Part shown: piece by piece, positions 7,321-15,297 of the stretch
How the letters are laid out: each line of letters begins with the position of its first letter
Position numbering within the stretch: position 1 is the first letter of the stretch
Source of the DNA: Candidatus Poseidonia alphae
GTDB lineage: Archaea; Thermoplasmatota; Poseidoniia; Poseidoniales; Poseidoniaceae
Reading direction: 5' to 3'
Assembly (NCBI GenBank): GCA_002505405.1
Contig: DAVD01000037.1
Location: forward strand, 82,880 to 146,879
Length of the DNA stretch: 64,000 nt
The notes under the pieces: generated by a model
What the model was told of the DNA's origin: nothing
The model's input: only the letters and a program-made list of their open reading frames with translations
Databases searched by the model: none
Made by a program: the position numbers and the translations under genes

Positions 7321-8204
7321 AGTACCGCTTATTTGGTATCCTCTTGTTTCTCCTCTTCTTGGCTTGGCGAACGCTTGATGGACTCGTTGACGGCGATTGG
7401 GGCAGGCTTGAAGGAGGATTGTCTAACCTTGTAGTGTTTTTCAAGGAAAGCATGTGGCCTCCGAATTGGAGTGTTCTTGAGGCCCGTTCCTACCCAGTGT
7501 GTGAAAAAGACATTGAATTCTTTTGCTCTGTGGGCTACTTGGGCATGATGGAGACTCTGAAAATCGCCTTTGTTTCTACAGTTCTAGGGTTCATTGGTGC
7601 AATTTGTCTTTCATCTCTAGCAGCGAGGAATTTGACACCTCTTTCCATTTCAATTCCCATCCGAGTCTTTCTTTCTGCTGTTCGGAGCCTTCCCAGTTTG
7701 ATTTGGGCGATTCTATTTGTGATTGTGATTGGCTTTGGGCCCCTTTCGGGCGTATTGGCGATGACATTCTACACGGTCGGATATCTTGGTAAATTGCAGT
7801 ATGAAGTGTTTGAGGGGATGCCAAGCGACCCCTTGGAAGCAGGTCGGGCCATGGGGCTGAGTCGTCCGAGCATTTTCTTTAACATCGTCATCCCAGAAAA
7901 CGGAAATCATTTGCTCAGTCAACTGATGTTCATGTTCGAGTACAATGTGCGGCACGGTACCGTGATTGGAATTGTTGGTGCTGGTGGTATCGGTTATTAC
8001 ATCAGCACCTATCTCAAATTTCTTCAATACGACAAAGTCTTCGCTTTGTTGATTCTCATCTTCATCGTCGTCGTCTTGATCGACCTGTTCTCGTTGATGG
8101 TTCGTTCCTTTGTCAACGAAGAAGGGGATGTGAGAAAACCAACATGGTTAACCGTTCTCATGAAGGCTAGGAAGCAAAAAGATACTTCCGAGGATGAGGC
8201 CTAA
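7317..8204 (+). CDS. ABC transporter permease, PhnE-like
   Basis: Start refined to MKYRLFGILLF at 7317 (ATGA overlap with the ATPase stop). EAGRAMGLSR...VGAGGIGYY is a PhnE-type hallmark; multiple hydrophobic helices. Confidence 0.85.
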   Translation: MKYRLFGILLFLLFLAWRTLDGLVDGDWGRLEGGLSNLVVFFKESMWPPNWSVLEARSYPVCEKDIEFFCSVGYLGMMETLKIAFVSTVLGFIGAICLSSLAARNLTPLSISIPIRVFLSAVRSLPSLIWAILFVIVIGFGPLSGVLAMTFYTVGYLGKLQYEVFEGMPSDPLEAGRAMGLSRPSIFFNIVIPENGNHLLSQLMFMFEYNVRHGTVIGIVGAGGIGYYISTYLKFLQYDKVFALLILIFIVVVLIDLFSLMVRSFVNEEGDVRKPTWLTVLMKARKQKDTSEDEA

Positions 8205-8420
8205 TCAATCAGCAGCAATATGCAAAGACCCGTCCTTGTAAAACACCTGGATGCGGTCCGATGCCTTCTTGCTCAAGGCTGAGATCGCTTCGTAAATTTC
8301 GTCTTCAGATACTTTGAATGTCTTCGCCGCGTCTTTAGTTGACCACGGTACAATGTGGAATTCACTCTTAGCCAGCCACGTCAATAATTTGACTTCAAAC
8401 TCAGAGAGTTCATCGGACAT
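8205..8420 (-). CDS. Small hypothetical protein (71 aa)
   Basis: Only the MSDELSEFEVKLLTWLAKSEF...SLHIAAD part of track ORF 8205-8834 is free of overlap with gpsA. Acidic, helical-looking. Confidence 0.45.
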   Translation of the reverse strand: MSDELSEFEVKLLTWLAKSEFHIVPWSTKDAAKTFKVSEDEIYEAISALSKKASDRIQVFYKDGSLHIAAD

Positions 8421-8466
8421 ACCACGCTCACGAAGCCTTCCCTCAAAACAGCACCGATGGCTTCCT

Positions 8467-9474
8467 TCAACCAAGTGCAACCATGCGTCTGCAACATTCT
8501 TCAGCGTCAATGTCCCCATCAAGAAGGGTATTGAGCGCTTTCGTGAAGGGGACCTTGAGTCCACTGTCCTCTGCGCGTTCAATAAACATTCGAGTGGCTC
8601 GGACACCTTCTGCAACCATATGCATTTCATCCAGAGCTTGCTCAAGAGTGAGTCCAGTCCCAAGTTTTTCCCCCATGCTGCGGTTTCTTCCATGCGGTGA
8701 AGTGGCGGTGACGTACATGTCTCCAAGTCCTGCTGGTCCAAAAGCAACCTCTGCTCGCGCTCCGAGTTCCGCAAGAAGAAGACAACCTTCCTTGAATCCG
8801 GACATGAATATCGCAGCTTTGAGATTGTCTCCACCGAGATCGCCTACTTGTTTGAGTCCGTCAACAAGTCCGCAAGCAAGGGCGACCACATTTTTGTAGG
8901 CGCCCCATAGTTCCGCTCCGACAGGGTCACTTGCAGGGTGAAGAATGAAACTGGGCGTCCCTAGTGTGCTCGCCAAGCGATTGGCAACAGCGTCATCCTC
9001 ACTCGCAACTAAAGCAGTGGTCATAACGCCTGCTGCTGCTTCTGGAGCAATGGTTGGGCCTGTAAGTACAGCAAGGGGATTCGTTTTTCCAGCTTCTTTG
9101 AGCATTCCATGAATCGCTTGAGAAATAAGTCGTTTCCCAGGTGCAAGACCCTTCGCCAAGTCGAGGAGAACGTGGCGCGGCTGAAGGTGGGGGATGATGT
9201 CTTCCACCACATCAAGAATGACGGATGAGGGTACGGCAAGAACAATGATTTCGCTTCCTTCAAGCGCTTCTGAAAGGTGCATGGTTGCATCCAATCCCTG
9301 AACTGGATGGTCAGGGAGATATTTTGAATTGACTCCATCAAGGGTAATTGACTGATATACCTCTTCTTCAATGGTCCAACCCTTGACCTTGTGGCCTTCC
9401 AAAAGCCACAAACGAGCAATGGCTGTTCCCCAGTTTCCGAGACCCAATACAGAGATGTGTGCCATAGCAATCAT
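8467..9474 (-). CDS. gpsA: NAD(P)H-dependent glycerol-3-phosphate dehydrogenase
   Basis: ISVLGLGNWGTAIA (Rossmann), KNVVALACGLVDG and MVAEGV, with the expected length (335 aa). Confidence 0.85.
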   Translation of the reverse strand: MIAMAHISVLGLGNWGTAIARLWLLEGHKVKGWTIEEEVYQSITLDGVNSKYLPDHPVQGLDATMHLSEALEGSEIIVLAVPSSVILDVVEDIIPHLQPRHVLLDLAKGLAPGKRLISQAIHGMLKEAGKTNPLAVLTGPTIAPEAAAGVMTTALVASEDDAVANRLASTLGTPSFILHPASDPVGAELWGAYKNVVALACGLVDGLKQVGDLGGDNLKAAIFMSGFKEGCLLLAELGARAEVAFGPAGLGDMYVTATSPHGRNRSMGEKLGTGLTLEQALDEMHMVAEGVRATRMFIERAEDSGLKVPFTKALNTLLDGDIDAEECCRRMVALG

Positions 9475-9494
9475 CTGCTTCGCACCTTCTTTGG

Positions 9495-9500
9495 TTTATA
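9495..9500 (-). promoter_or_regulatory. Candidate TATA box for gpsA
   Basis: The minus strand reads TATAAA about 21-26 nt upstream of the gpsA ATG (9474), which would imply a leaderless or near-leaderless transcript. Confidence 0.3.
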
Positions 9501-9510
9501 CCATTTCCCG

Positions 9511-9540
9511 ATGAAAACACCGGCATGGTGCGGTTTTCAT
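9511..9540 (-). terminator. Hairpin downstream of the TIM-barrel gene
   Basis: ATGAAAAC (9511-9518) pairs with GTTTTCAT (9533-9540); an inner CACC/GGTG pairing is possible. A T4 run lies within the 3' arm on the minus strand. Confidence 0.3.
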
Positions 9541-9559
9541 GAGCCTGAGTACGGCGCCA

Positions 9560-10684
9560 TCAGAACAAGTCATCATCGTCTTCTTCAAAGTCGAAGACGT
9601 CTTCCTTGGTCCCCTTGGTTTTCGGAGCTGCTTCTTCTTTCTTCGTTTCGGGCTCGGGTGTGGGCGCCTCCTCCTTGACTTCAGTCGCTTCTTCTCGTGC
9701 TTGCGCTTGCTTGGTCTCATTGGTCTTGAGTTCGTCTTCAGTCTTACCGGTTTGAAGGGCGAGTGCTCTCCTGCGGTCTTCTCGGGCCTTACGCTCCAGT
9801 TGCCTGTGGCGTGACTTCTCGATGTTTTGCATCATGTACATGGCGTCGTGTTCCAGCAACGGGGAATCGGAGATAAGGGTGATGTCCAGCCATCCTCCAT
9901 CTTCAACGATAAATTCAGCAAGCGGTTCAAAGTTAAGATCGGATTTCTTGATCTGTGTGTAATGCATGGCGTTGCCCGTACGGTGCTCCACACCAGAGAA
10001 GTGGCAGTAGAATTCTTTTGTTCCGATGGATTCACGAACCATGTCGAACAACTCTCCGTAATCCTCAGAAGTACGCATTTGTCCATGCCCCCGGGCGTGG
10101 ATGTGAGCAATGTTGAGGACAGGGATGGTTCCTTCAACATGGTTCACGACTTCAAGGACTTCTTCGAGACTGCCCCAGAGTTCTTGTCGACCGGATGTTT
10201 CAACTCCAATCTTTGACGGAGTGCCGTCTTTAATCCACGGGAACACGGGAAATTCATCCTCTTCATCTTCCCAGATTTCATGGATACGGTCTACAATTCC
10301 AGAAAACACATTGGCGACTTGTTCGTTTGCTTCATGGCCTCGGCCAAATTCGCCGTAATTTCCTGCATGGAGGGTAATGTGGCGAGCATTGATGGTTCGA
10401 GCAGCTTGGAGGGTTGCTTCTATTTTCGCAAGAGAGCGGCCACGCTCAATTTTGTTGCCCAACAACTCGGAATAGTACGGGCCGTGGATGTTCATCTCAA
10501 AATCCGTCTTGTTTGCAAGCACGCCGGCCTGCCAGTATTGTTCAAAGTGCTGTGGGGCAACCATGCGCACGGTTTGAACTTCCATGGTCTCAAGACCGAG
10601 GGAAATAATGTCGTCCATTCCTTCAACAATTGTGCGTCCCTTGCATGACAATGGAACGCCTGCTGGTCCGAGTTTAACTGGCAT
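9560..10684 (-). CDS. Xylose-isomerase-like TIM-barrel protein (AP endonuclease 2 / Endo IV-like) with a Lys/Glu-rich C-terminal tail
   Basis: Start refined to MPVKLGPAGVP (10684). Contains HITLHAGNYGE, IAHIHARGHG and CHFSGVEHR. The tail is REDRRRALALQTGKTEDELKTNETKQAQAREEATEVKEEAPTPEPETKKEE... Confidence 0.65.
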   Translation of the reverse strand: MPVKLGPAGVPLSCKGRTIVEGMDDIISLGLETMEVQTVRMVAPQHFEQYWQAGVLANKTDFEMNIHGPYYSELLGNKIERGRSLAKIEATLQAARTINARHITLHAGNYGEFGRGHEANEQVANVFSGIVDRIHEIWEDEEDEFPVFPWIKDGTPSKIGVETSGRQELWGSLEEVLEVVNHVEGTIPVLNIAHIHARGHGQMRTSEDYGELFDMVRESIGTKEFYCHFSGVEHRTGNAMHYTQIKKSDLNFEPLAEFIVEDGGWLDITLISDSPLLEHDAMYMMQNIEKSRHRQLERKAREDRRRALALQTGKTEDELKTNETKQAQAREEATEVKEEAPTPEPETKKEEAAPKTKGTKEDVFDFEEDDDDLF

Positions 10685-10826
10685 ATTTTTCCCCCCGCGA
10701 AACCAAGCCAAGGTCCGCCCTATGATAACCTCTTTCTGTTGGCTGTCCGCTATCATTGGGTCGCTGTTGTGGTTTCAATGGTGATTGCATACGACTCTTC
10801 ATGAAGGTGGGGCTACAGCCACCCCC

Positions 10827-11552
10827 ATGGACGCTCGATTAAAAAAGGCGGTTGACGCCTTCAAAAACGGAGACCCAGTCTGTCTTTTCGACTCTGAGAA
10901 ACGAGAAGGAGAAACCGACTTGTTGTTTCCCGCAGAGCATGCGAAGCCGGAAACGATGCGTCAACTTCGACACGATTGTGGAGGGTTGCTGTTTCTCGCC
11001 ATCGGCGATGACGTCGGAGCATGTTTTGGCCTCCCGTTCCTGCAGGACCTCCACACCGATGCGTCTGCTGTGTCGAACTTCCCTGTTCTAGGCCATTTGG
11101 TCACCAACGACCTTCGCTATGATGCCCGCTCAGCCTTTACGCTCTCCATCAATCACAGAGATACCTACACGGGAATTACCGATCATGACCGCTCGCTTAC
11201 GACCCGCAGATTTGCAGAGTTGGCGAAGTCAGTCATGGATTCAGGTGATTCATTGGAGGTTGCTATTGAAACACTAGGGGCAGAGTTCCGAACGCCTGGC
11301 CACATCCCAGTTTGTCGAGAGGCAGAGGGTGGATTGGCCCGACGTCAAGGTCACACGGAATTGGCCGTTGGACTTGCTCGTCTTGCAGGCATGACGCCTG
11401 TCGTCATCGGCGCCGAAATGCTTCAACCCAACGGGGATTTTGCTTTGTCGGTTGATGACGCAAGGGAATGGGCGGAGTTGCGTGGGATTCCGTTCCTTGA
11501 AGGTGCAGACCTACTGCGAGCGTTTGCTAATGAAACACCGTCATCCTCTTGA
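10827..11552 (+). CDS. ribB: 3,4-dihydroxy-2-butanone-4-phosphate synthase
   Basis: ATG at 10827 (the track start at 10785 is TTG). Contains EGETDLLFPAEHAKPETMRQLRHDCGGLLFLAI and TPGHIP. Confidence 0.85.
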   Translation: MDARLKKAVDAFKNGDPVCLFDSEKREGETDLLFPAEHAKPETMRQLRHDCGGLLFLAIGDDVGACFGLPFLQDLHTDASAVSNFPVLGHLVTNDLRYDARSAFTLSINHRDTYTGITDHDRSLTTRRFAELAKSVMDSGDSLEVAIETLGAEFRTPGHIPVCREAEGGLARRQGHTELAVGLARLAGMTPVVIGAEMLQPNGDFALSVDDAREWAELRGIPFLEGADLLRAFANETPSSS

Positions 11553-12025
11553 AGAACAAACCCTCCGTTACCAAAGGTGATACCGTGAAGCGAATCATGG
11601 CTGTTGGAGTTTTCGACCTGCTTCATGCAGGACATCTCCACTATCTTGAGCAAGCAAAAGCACTCGGCAGCCACCTTACCGTGGTGGTCGCACACGACGA
11701 TACGGTTCGCAAAAGAAAACACAATCCCATTACCAGCCATGACCTCCGGAAACGCATGGTAGAGGGCCTCAAGCCAGTGGACGATGTGTTCATCGGAAAC
11801 CCCCCTGAAGTCCCGATTTTCGATATCCTGCCCCAGGTTAAACCGGATATTATCGCCCTCGGCTACGACCAAGAACACGCAGAGGAAAACATCCGATCTG
11901 CGTTAAAATCGCGCGGATACGGCACCATTGAAGTTGTTCGTGTAGAAGGCCTAACCGAAGATTTAGACGGTACTCGAAAAATCATTGCCCGAATACTTGA
12001 ACGTGCAGCCAACCAGGAGGCATGA
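11549..12025 (+). CDS. ribL: Archaeal FAD synthetase (CTP-dependent FMN adenylyltransferase)
   Basis: Cytidylyltransferase fold motif VGVFDLLHAGHLHYL, ~150 aa. Start is uncertain: TTG at 11549 overlapping the ribB stop, or ATG at 11597. Confidence 0.75.
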   Translation: MKNKPSVTKGDTVKRIMAVGVFDLLHAGHLHYLEQAKALGSHLTVVVAHDDTVRKRKHNPITSHDLRKRMVEGLKPVDDVFIGNPPEVPIFDILPQVKPDIIALGYDQEHAEENIRSALKSRGYGTIEVVRVEGLTEDLDGTRKIIARILERAANQEA

Positions 12026-12630
12026 ACATGTTTACCGGAATCGTTCAAGGAAAAGGCCAACTGGTCGGCCTCGAAAAGGGAGAGCAGGTACAAACCCTCA
12101 CCGTTCAACTGCCCGATGCAGTTGGCTTGGAGCGAGGGGCAAGCGTTGCTCTCAACGGGGTTTGTTTGACGGCAACGGACATTGTCGGAAACCAGGTCGC
12201 CTTCGACGTCATTCCCGAGACGCTTGAGCGGACGACCTTAGGGCGCCTCAAGGTCGGGGATGAGATGAACGTAGAGCGCTCTCTCAAAATGGGAGATGAA
12301 CTGGGGGGCCACATGCTCTCCGGGCACATCATGGCCAAGGCCACGGTGGTCCATTTGACAGAGAAAGGAGAAGGCATGGACTTCAAATTAAAAGCACCTG
12401 TCACGCTCATGAAGTTTATCCACGAGAAAGGATACATCGGCCTTAACGGTGCGTCCCTTACTGTTGGACGAGTTGAGGATGACACTTTTTCCATCCATTT
12501 GATTCCCGAGACACTGAGGCTGACCACATTTGCATCGCTTTCATTGGACGATCAAATCAACGTCGAAATTGACTCCATGACGCAAACCATCGTCGCTACG
12601 GTGGAGCGAATGATGAAACAGGAGATATGA
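12022..12630 (+). CDS. ribE: Riboflavin synthase (bacterial/eukaryotic MFTGIV type)
   Basis: N-terminus MNMFTGIVQGKG, with the internal repeat expected of a two-barrel riboflavin synthase (LNGVCLT... / LNGASLT...). Confidence 0.85.
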   Translation: MNMFTGIVQGKGQLVGLEKGEQVQTLTVQLPDAVGLERGASVALNGVCLTATDIVGNQVAFDVIPETLERTTLGRLKVGDEMNVERSLKMGDELGGHMLSGHIMAKATVVHLTEKGEGMDFKLKAPVTLMKFIHEKGYIGLNGASLTVGRVEDDTFSIHLIPETLRLTTFASLSLDDQINVEIDSMTQTIVATVERMMKQEI

Positions 12631-13025
12631 GGTGGCGTAACATGGTCAAGAACATCGGTATCGTTTGTGGTTCCTTCCACCGTGACGAAGTTGAACGCAT
12701 GCTCGCATGGGCAAGAGAAGAAGCCGACGCGAACGATTTAGAAATCACTCACGTTGAATGGGTACCTGGTTCGATGGAAGTTCCGCTTGCACTCGACCGC
12801 ATGCTGAGCGCTTGCGATGCTGCAGCATGTTTGGGAATCATCGAGAAAGGAGAGACCCAACACGGCCTTGCAATGGGCCAAGCGGTCATCAAAACGATTC
12901 TTGAATTGCAACTCAAGCATAACAAACCGATTGGCTTGGGGATCATCGGTCCAGGTGCAGAACAGCACCACATTGAACCAAGGTTGGAACCCCACGCACG
13001 AGCAGCAGTGCTGGCTCTCATTTGA
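12627..13025 (+). CDS. ribH: 6,7-dimethyl-8-ribityllumazine synthase
   Basis: IGIVCGSFHRDEV...VPGSMEVPLA...GETQH, length ~130 aa. ATGA overlap with ribE; alternative ATG at 12642. Confidence 0.8.
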   Translation: MRWRNMVKNIGIVCGSFHRDEVERMLAWAREEADANDLEITHVEWVPGSMEVPLALDRMLSACDAAACLGIIEKGETQHGLAMGQAVIKTILELQLKHNKPIGLGIIGPGAEQHHIEPRLEPHARAAVLALI

Positions 13026-13146
13026 TGGAAGGGCTTAGGCTTAACAAACCCCGGTGGAGTTGGGCGGAAATGGGCCACTCACTGCCCTTCTTTGGCGCGG
13101 AATAGAACGTGCGAACCTTCAAACACCCCCTCCGTCCAAACGCTGG

Positions 13147-14088
13147 ATGGAGAACAACATGTCAGAAGTGCGCAATGTCATAATTATCGGTTCAGGTCCT
13201 GCAGGATACACCGCAGGATTGTACACTGGGCGAGCCATGCTGAACCCCCTCATGTTTGCCGGTTACATGTCAGGTGGACAACTGATGTTGACCAGCGACA
13301 TTGAAAATTTCCCCGGATATCCCAAGGGGATCGGAGGGCCTGAAATGATGACGGAACTGCGCGAACAAGCGGAACGATTTGGCCTGGAAGTTCAAGACCG
13401 TAATGTCGATTCAGTCGATACATCAGAGCGCCCATTCAAGGTTGAAGTGGAAGGTGAGACGTTCCTTACTCACTCCATAATTGTCTGTACAGGGGCCGAA
13501 TCCATTTGGTTGAACGCCCCCGGGGAAGAAGCCCAAAAAGGCCGAGGTATTTCCACGTGCGCCACCTGCGACGGTGCCTTTTTCCGCGATGAAGAAGTCC
13601 TGGTCATTGGCGGCGGAGATTCTGCTTGTGAGGAGGCTACCTTCCTCACGCGTTTTGCGAGTAAGGTCACGCTCATTCACCGAAGAGATGTGTTCAAAGC
13701 ATCAACCATCATGTACGAACGCGCTGCAAATCACGATAAAATTGAGATTCGTACCTTCCGTCAGGTCAAAGAATGGTTGTCTGATGAAAAAGGCCTCACC
13801 GGTGCAGTGCTTGAAAACATACAAGATGGAACGACAGAGACCATCAATGCAACGGGGGCTTTCATCGCAATCGGTCACAAACCGATTACTGGATTTTTGA
13901 GCGGTCAAGTTGAAACCGATGAAAACGGTTACATCGTCAACAAAGAATACACTATGACCTCTGTCCCGGGCATTTTTGCCGCAGGTGACGTCGTTGATAC
14001 CCGTTACAAGCAAGCGATTACCGCTGCTGGAATGGGATGCTCTGCTGCAATTGATGTTGAAAAGTGGCTTGAAGAGAACGTCCACTGA
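13147..14088 (+). CDS. trxB: Thioredoxin reductase
   Basis: Start refined to MENNMSEVRNVIIIGSGPAGYTAG. Redox-active CATCDG, a second Rossmann motif VIGGGDSACEEA, and GIFAAGDV. Confidence 0.9.
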   Translation: MENNMSEVRNVIIIGSGPAGYTAGLYTGRAMLNPLMFAGYMSGGQLMLTSDIENFPGYPKGIGGPEMMTELREQAERFGLEVQDRNVDSVDTSERPFKVEVEGETFLTHSIIVCTGAESIWLNAPGEEAQKGRGISTCATCDGAFFRDEEVLVIGGGDSACEEATFLTRFASKVTLIHRRDVFKASTIMYERAANHDKIEIRTFRQVKEWLSDEKGLTGAVLENIQDGTTETINATGAFIAIGHKPITGFLSGQVETDENGYIVNKEYTMTSVPGIFAAGDVVDTRYKQAITAAGMGCSAAIDVEKWLEENVH

Positions 14089-14127
14089 GGGCGGTGCATT
14101 CATCAAAGTGGCTCCGCTGGCCGGTTC

Positions 14128-15297
14128 ATGGTTGACCTCGAACGTCATGCGCGTCACCTTTCCCTCCCCAATGTTGGAATTAAGGGTCAACAGCGCTTGG
14201 TTGATGCCAGCATTCTCATCATTGGTGCCGGTGGATTAGGCTCTCCAGCTGCCCTTTACCTCGCTGCTGCAGGCGTTGGCCATCTTGGCTTGATTGATGA
14301 TGATGTCGTGGACCTTTCAAATCTTCAACGTCAAATTCTTCATACTTCAGAAAGCGTAGGGACGCCCAAAGTTGAATCCGCTAAGAAGCGCCTCCATGCA
14401 TTGGATGAAGGCATTAAGGTCACATCATTCCAAACCCGTTTCAACCCAGGGAATGCCATGCAATTGCTTGAGATGGGATGGGATCTCGTCATCGACGGCA
14501 CGGATAACATTCCGACGCGATACCTCATTGACGATGCCTGCGCATTGAAGGGGATACCTTGGGTCTACGGTTCAATCTTCCAATTCGAAGGACAAGTTTC
14601 TGTATTCGGATATCAAGGAGGCCCTTCGTATCGGGACCTTTTCCCTGAACCCCCACCTCCAAATGCAGTTCCGAGTTGCGAAGAAGCTGGTGTGTTCGGA
14701 GTCCTTCCTGGAGTGATTGGATTGCTTCAAGCAACAGAGGCGATAAAACTCTTGCTCGGACTCAACGTGGCTCTTTCAGGACGGTTACTCATTTACGATG
14801 CAACGGCGATGTCCTTCACTCAGTTATCGTTCGAACGGGATGAAGAGCGTACAAAAATTTTGGATTTGAGTTTATCCTCAGCCATGTTTAACCCTTCTGA
14901 ATGGTGTTCTCTCGAAACCGGTACAATACATGGAGGCATTAAAAAACAGGAAGCCCACCAGGGCAAGAACATGTTCAACCACATTTCCATCTCCGATGCT
15001 TTGCAGCGACGTTCCAGTGGATGGTCACCGTTTATTCTTGATGTTCGCTCAGATGGTGAATACCATCAAGCACATGCGGCTTCATGCGACTTGCAAGTCC
15101 CCCATGACCAAGTTGGTTCTGCCCTTGATCAAATTCCCTCCGACCGGGATATTCTGGTTTATTGTCGAAGTGGAATGCGTTCTCAAATCGCAGCAATGAG
15201 CATGATTCAAGCAGGATACGATGCGACACGCGTGTACAACCTTGACGGTGGAATCACCGCGTGGAAGGCAGCAGCGCCTGATGAAATCATCAATTGA
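14128..15297 (+). CDS. ThiF/MoeB-type E1 adenylyltransferase with C-terminal rhodanese domain (MoeZ/UbaA-like)
   Basis: IIGAGGLGSPAALYLAAAGVGHLGLIDDDVVDLSNLQRQ, then a C-terminal rhodanese domain with YCRSGMRS. Confidence 0.85.
   Translation: MVDLERHARHLSLPNVGIKGQQRLVDASILIIGAGGLGSPAALYLAAAGVGHLGLIDDDVVDLSNLQRQILHTSESVGTPKVESAKKRLHALDEGIKVTSFQTRFNPGNAMQLLEMGWDLVIDGTDNIPTRYLIDDACALKGIPWVYGSIFQFEGQVSVFGYQGGPSYRDLFPEPPPPNAVPSCEEAGVFGVLPGVIGLLQATEAIKLLLGLNVALSGRLLIYDATAMSFTQLSFERDEERTKILDLSLSSAMFNPSEWCSLETGTIHGGIKKQEAHQGKNMFNHISISDALQRRSSGWSPFILDVRSDGEYHQAHAASCDLQVPHDQVGSALDQIPSDRDILVYCRSGMRSQIAAMSMIQAGYDATRVYNLDGGITAWKAAAPDEIIN

Noticed and set aside
4331-8204. Annotating the ABC system as a phosphonate (PhnCDE) importer.
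   Set aside because: The ATPase and permease are PhnC/PhnE-like. The binding protein, however, has CHTG and the transferrin Asp/Tyr/Tyr/His set where PhnD has its phosphonate-binding Ser/Thr-rich loop. The phosphonate label is therefore not adopted, though it is not excluded without binding data.
8421-8834. The upstream part of track ORF 8205-8834 (209 aa).
   Set aside because: It overlaps the well-supported gpsA reading frame on the same strand in another frame. Only the terminal 71 codons are independent.
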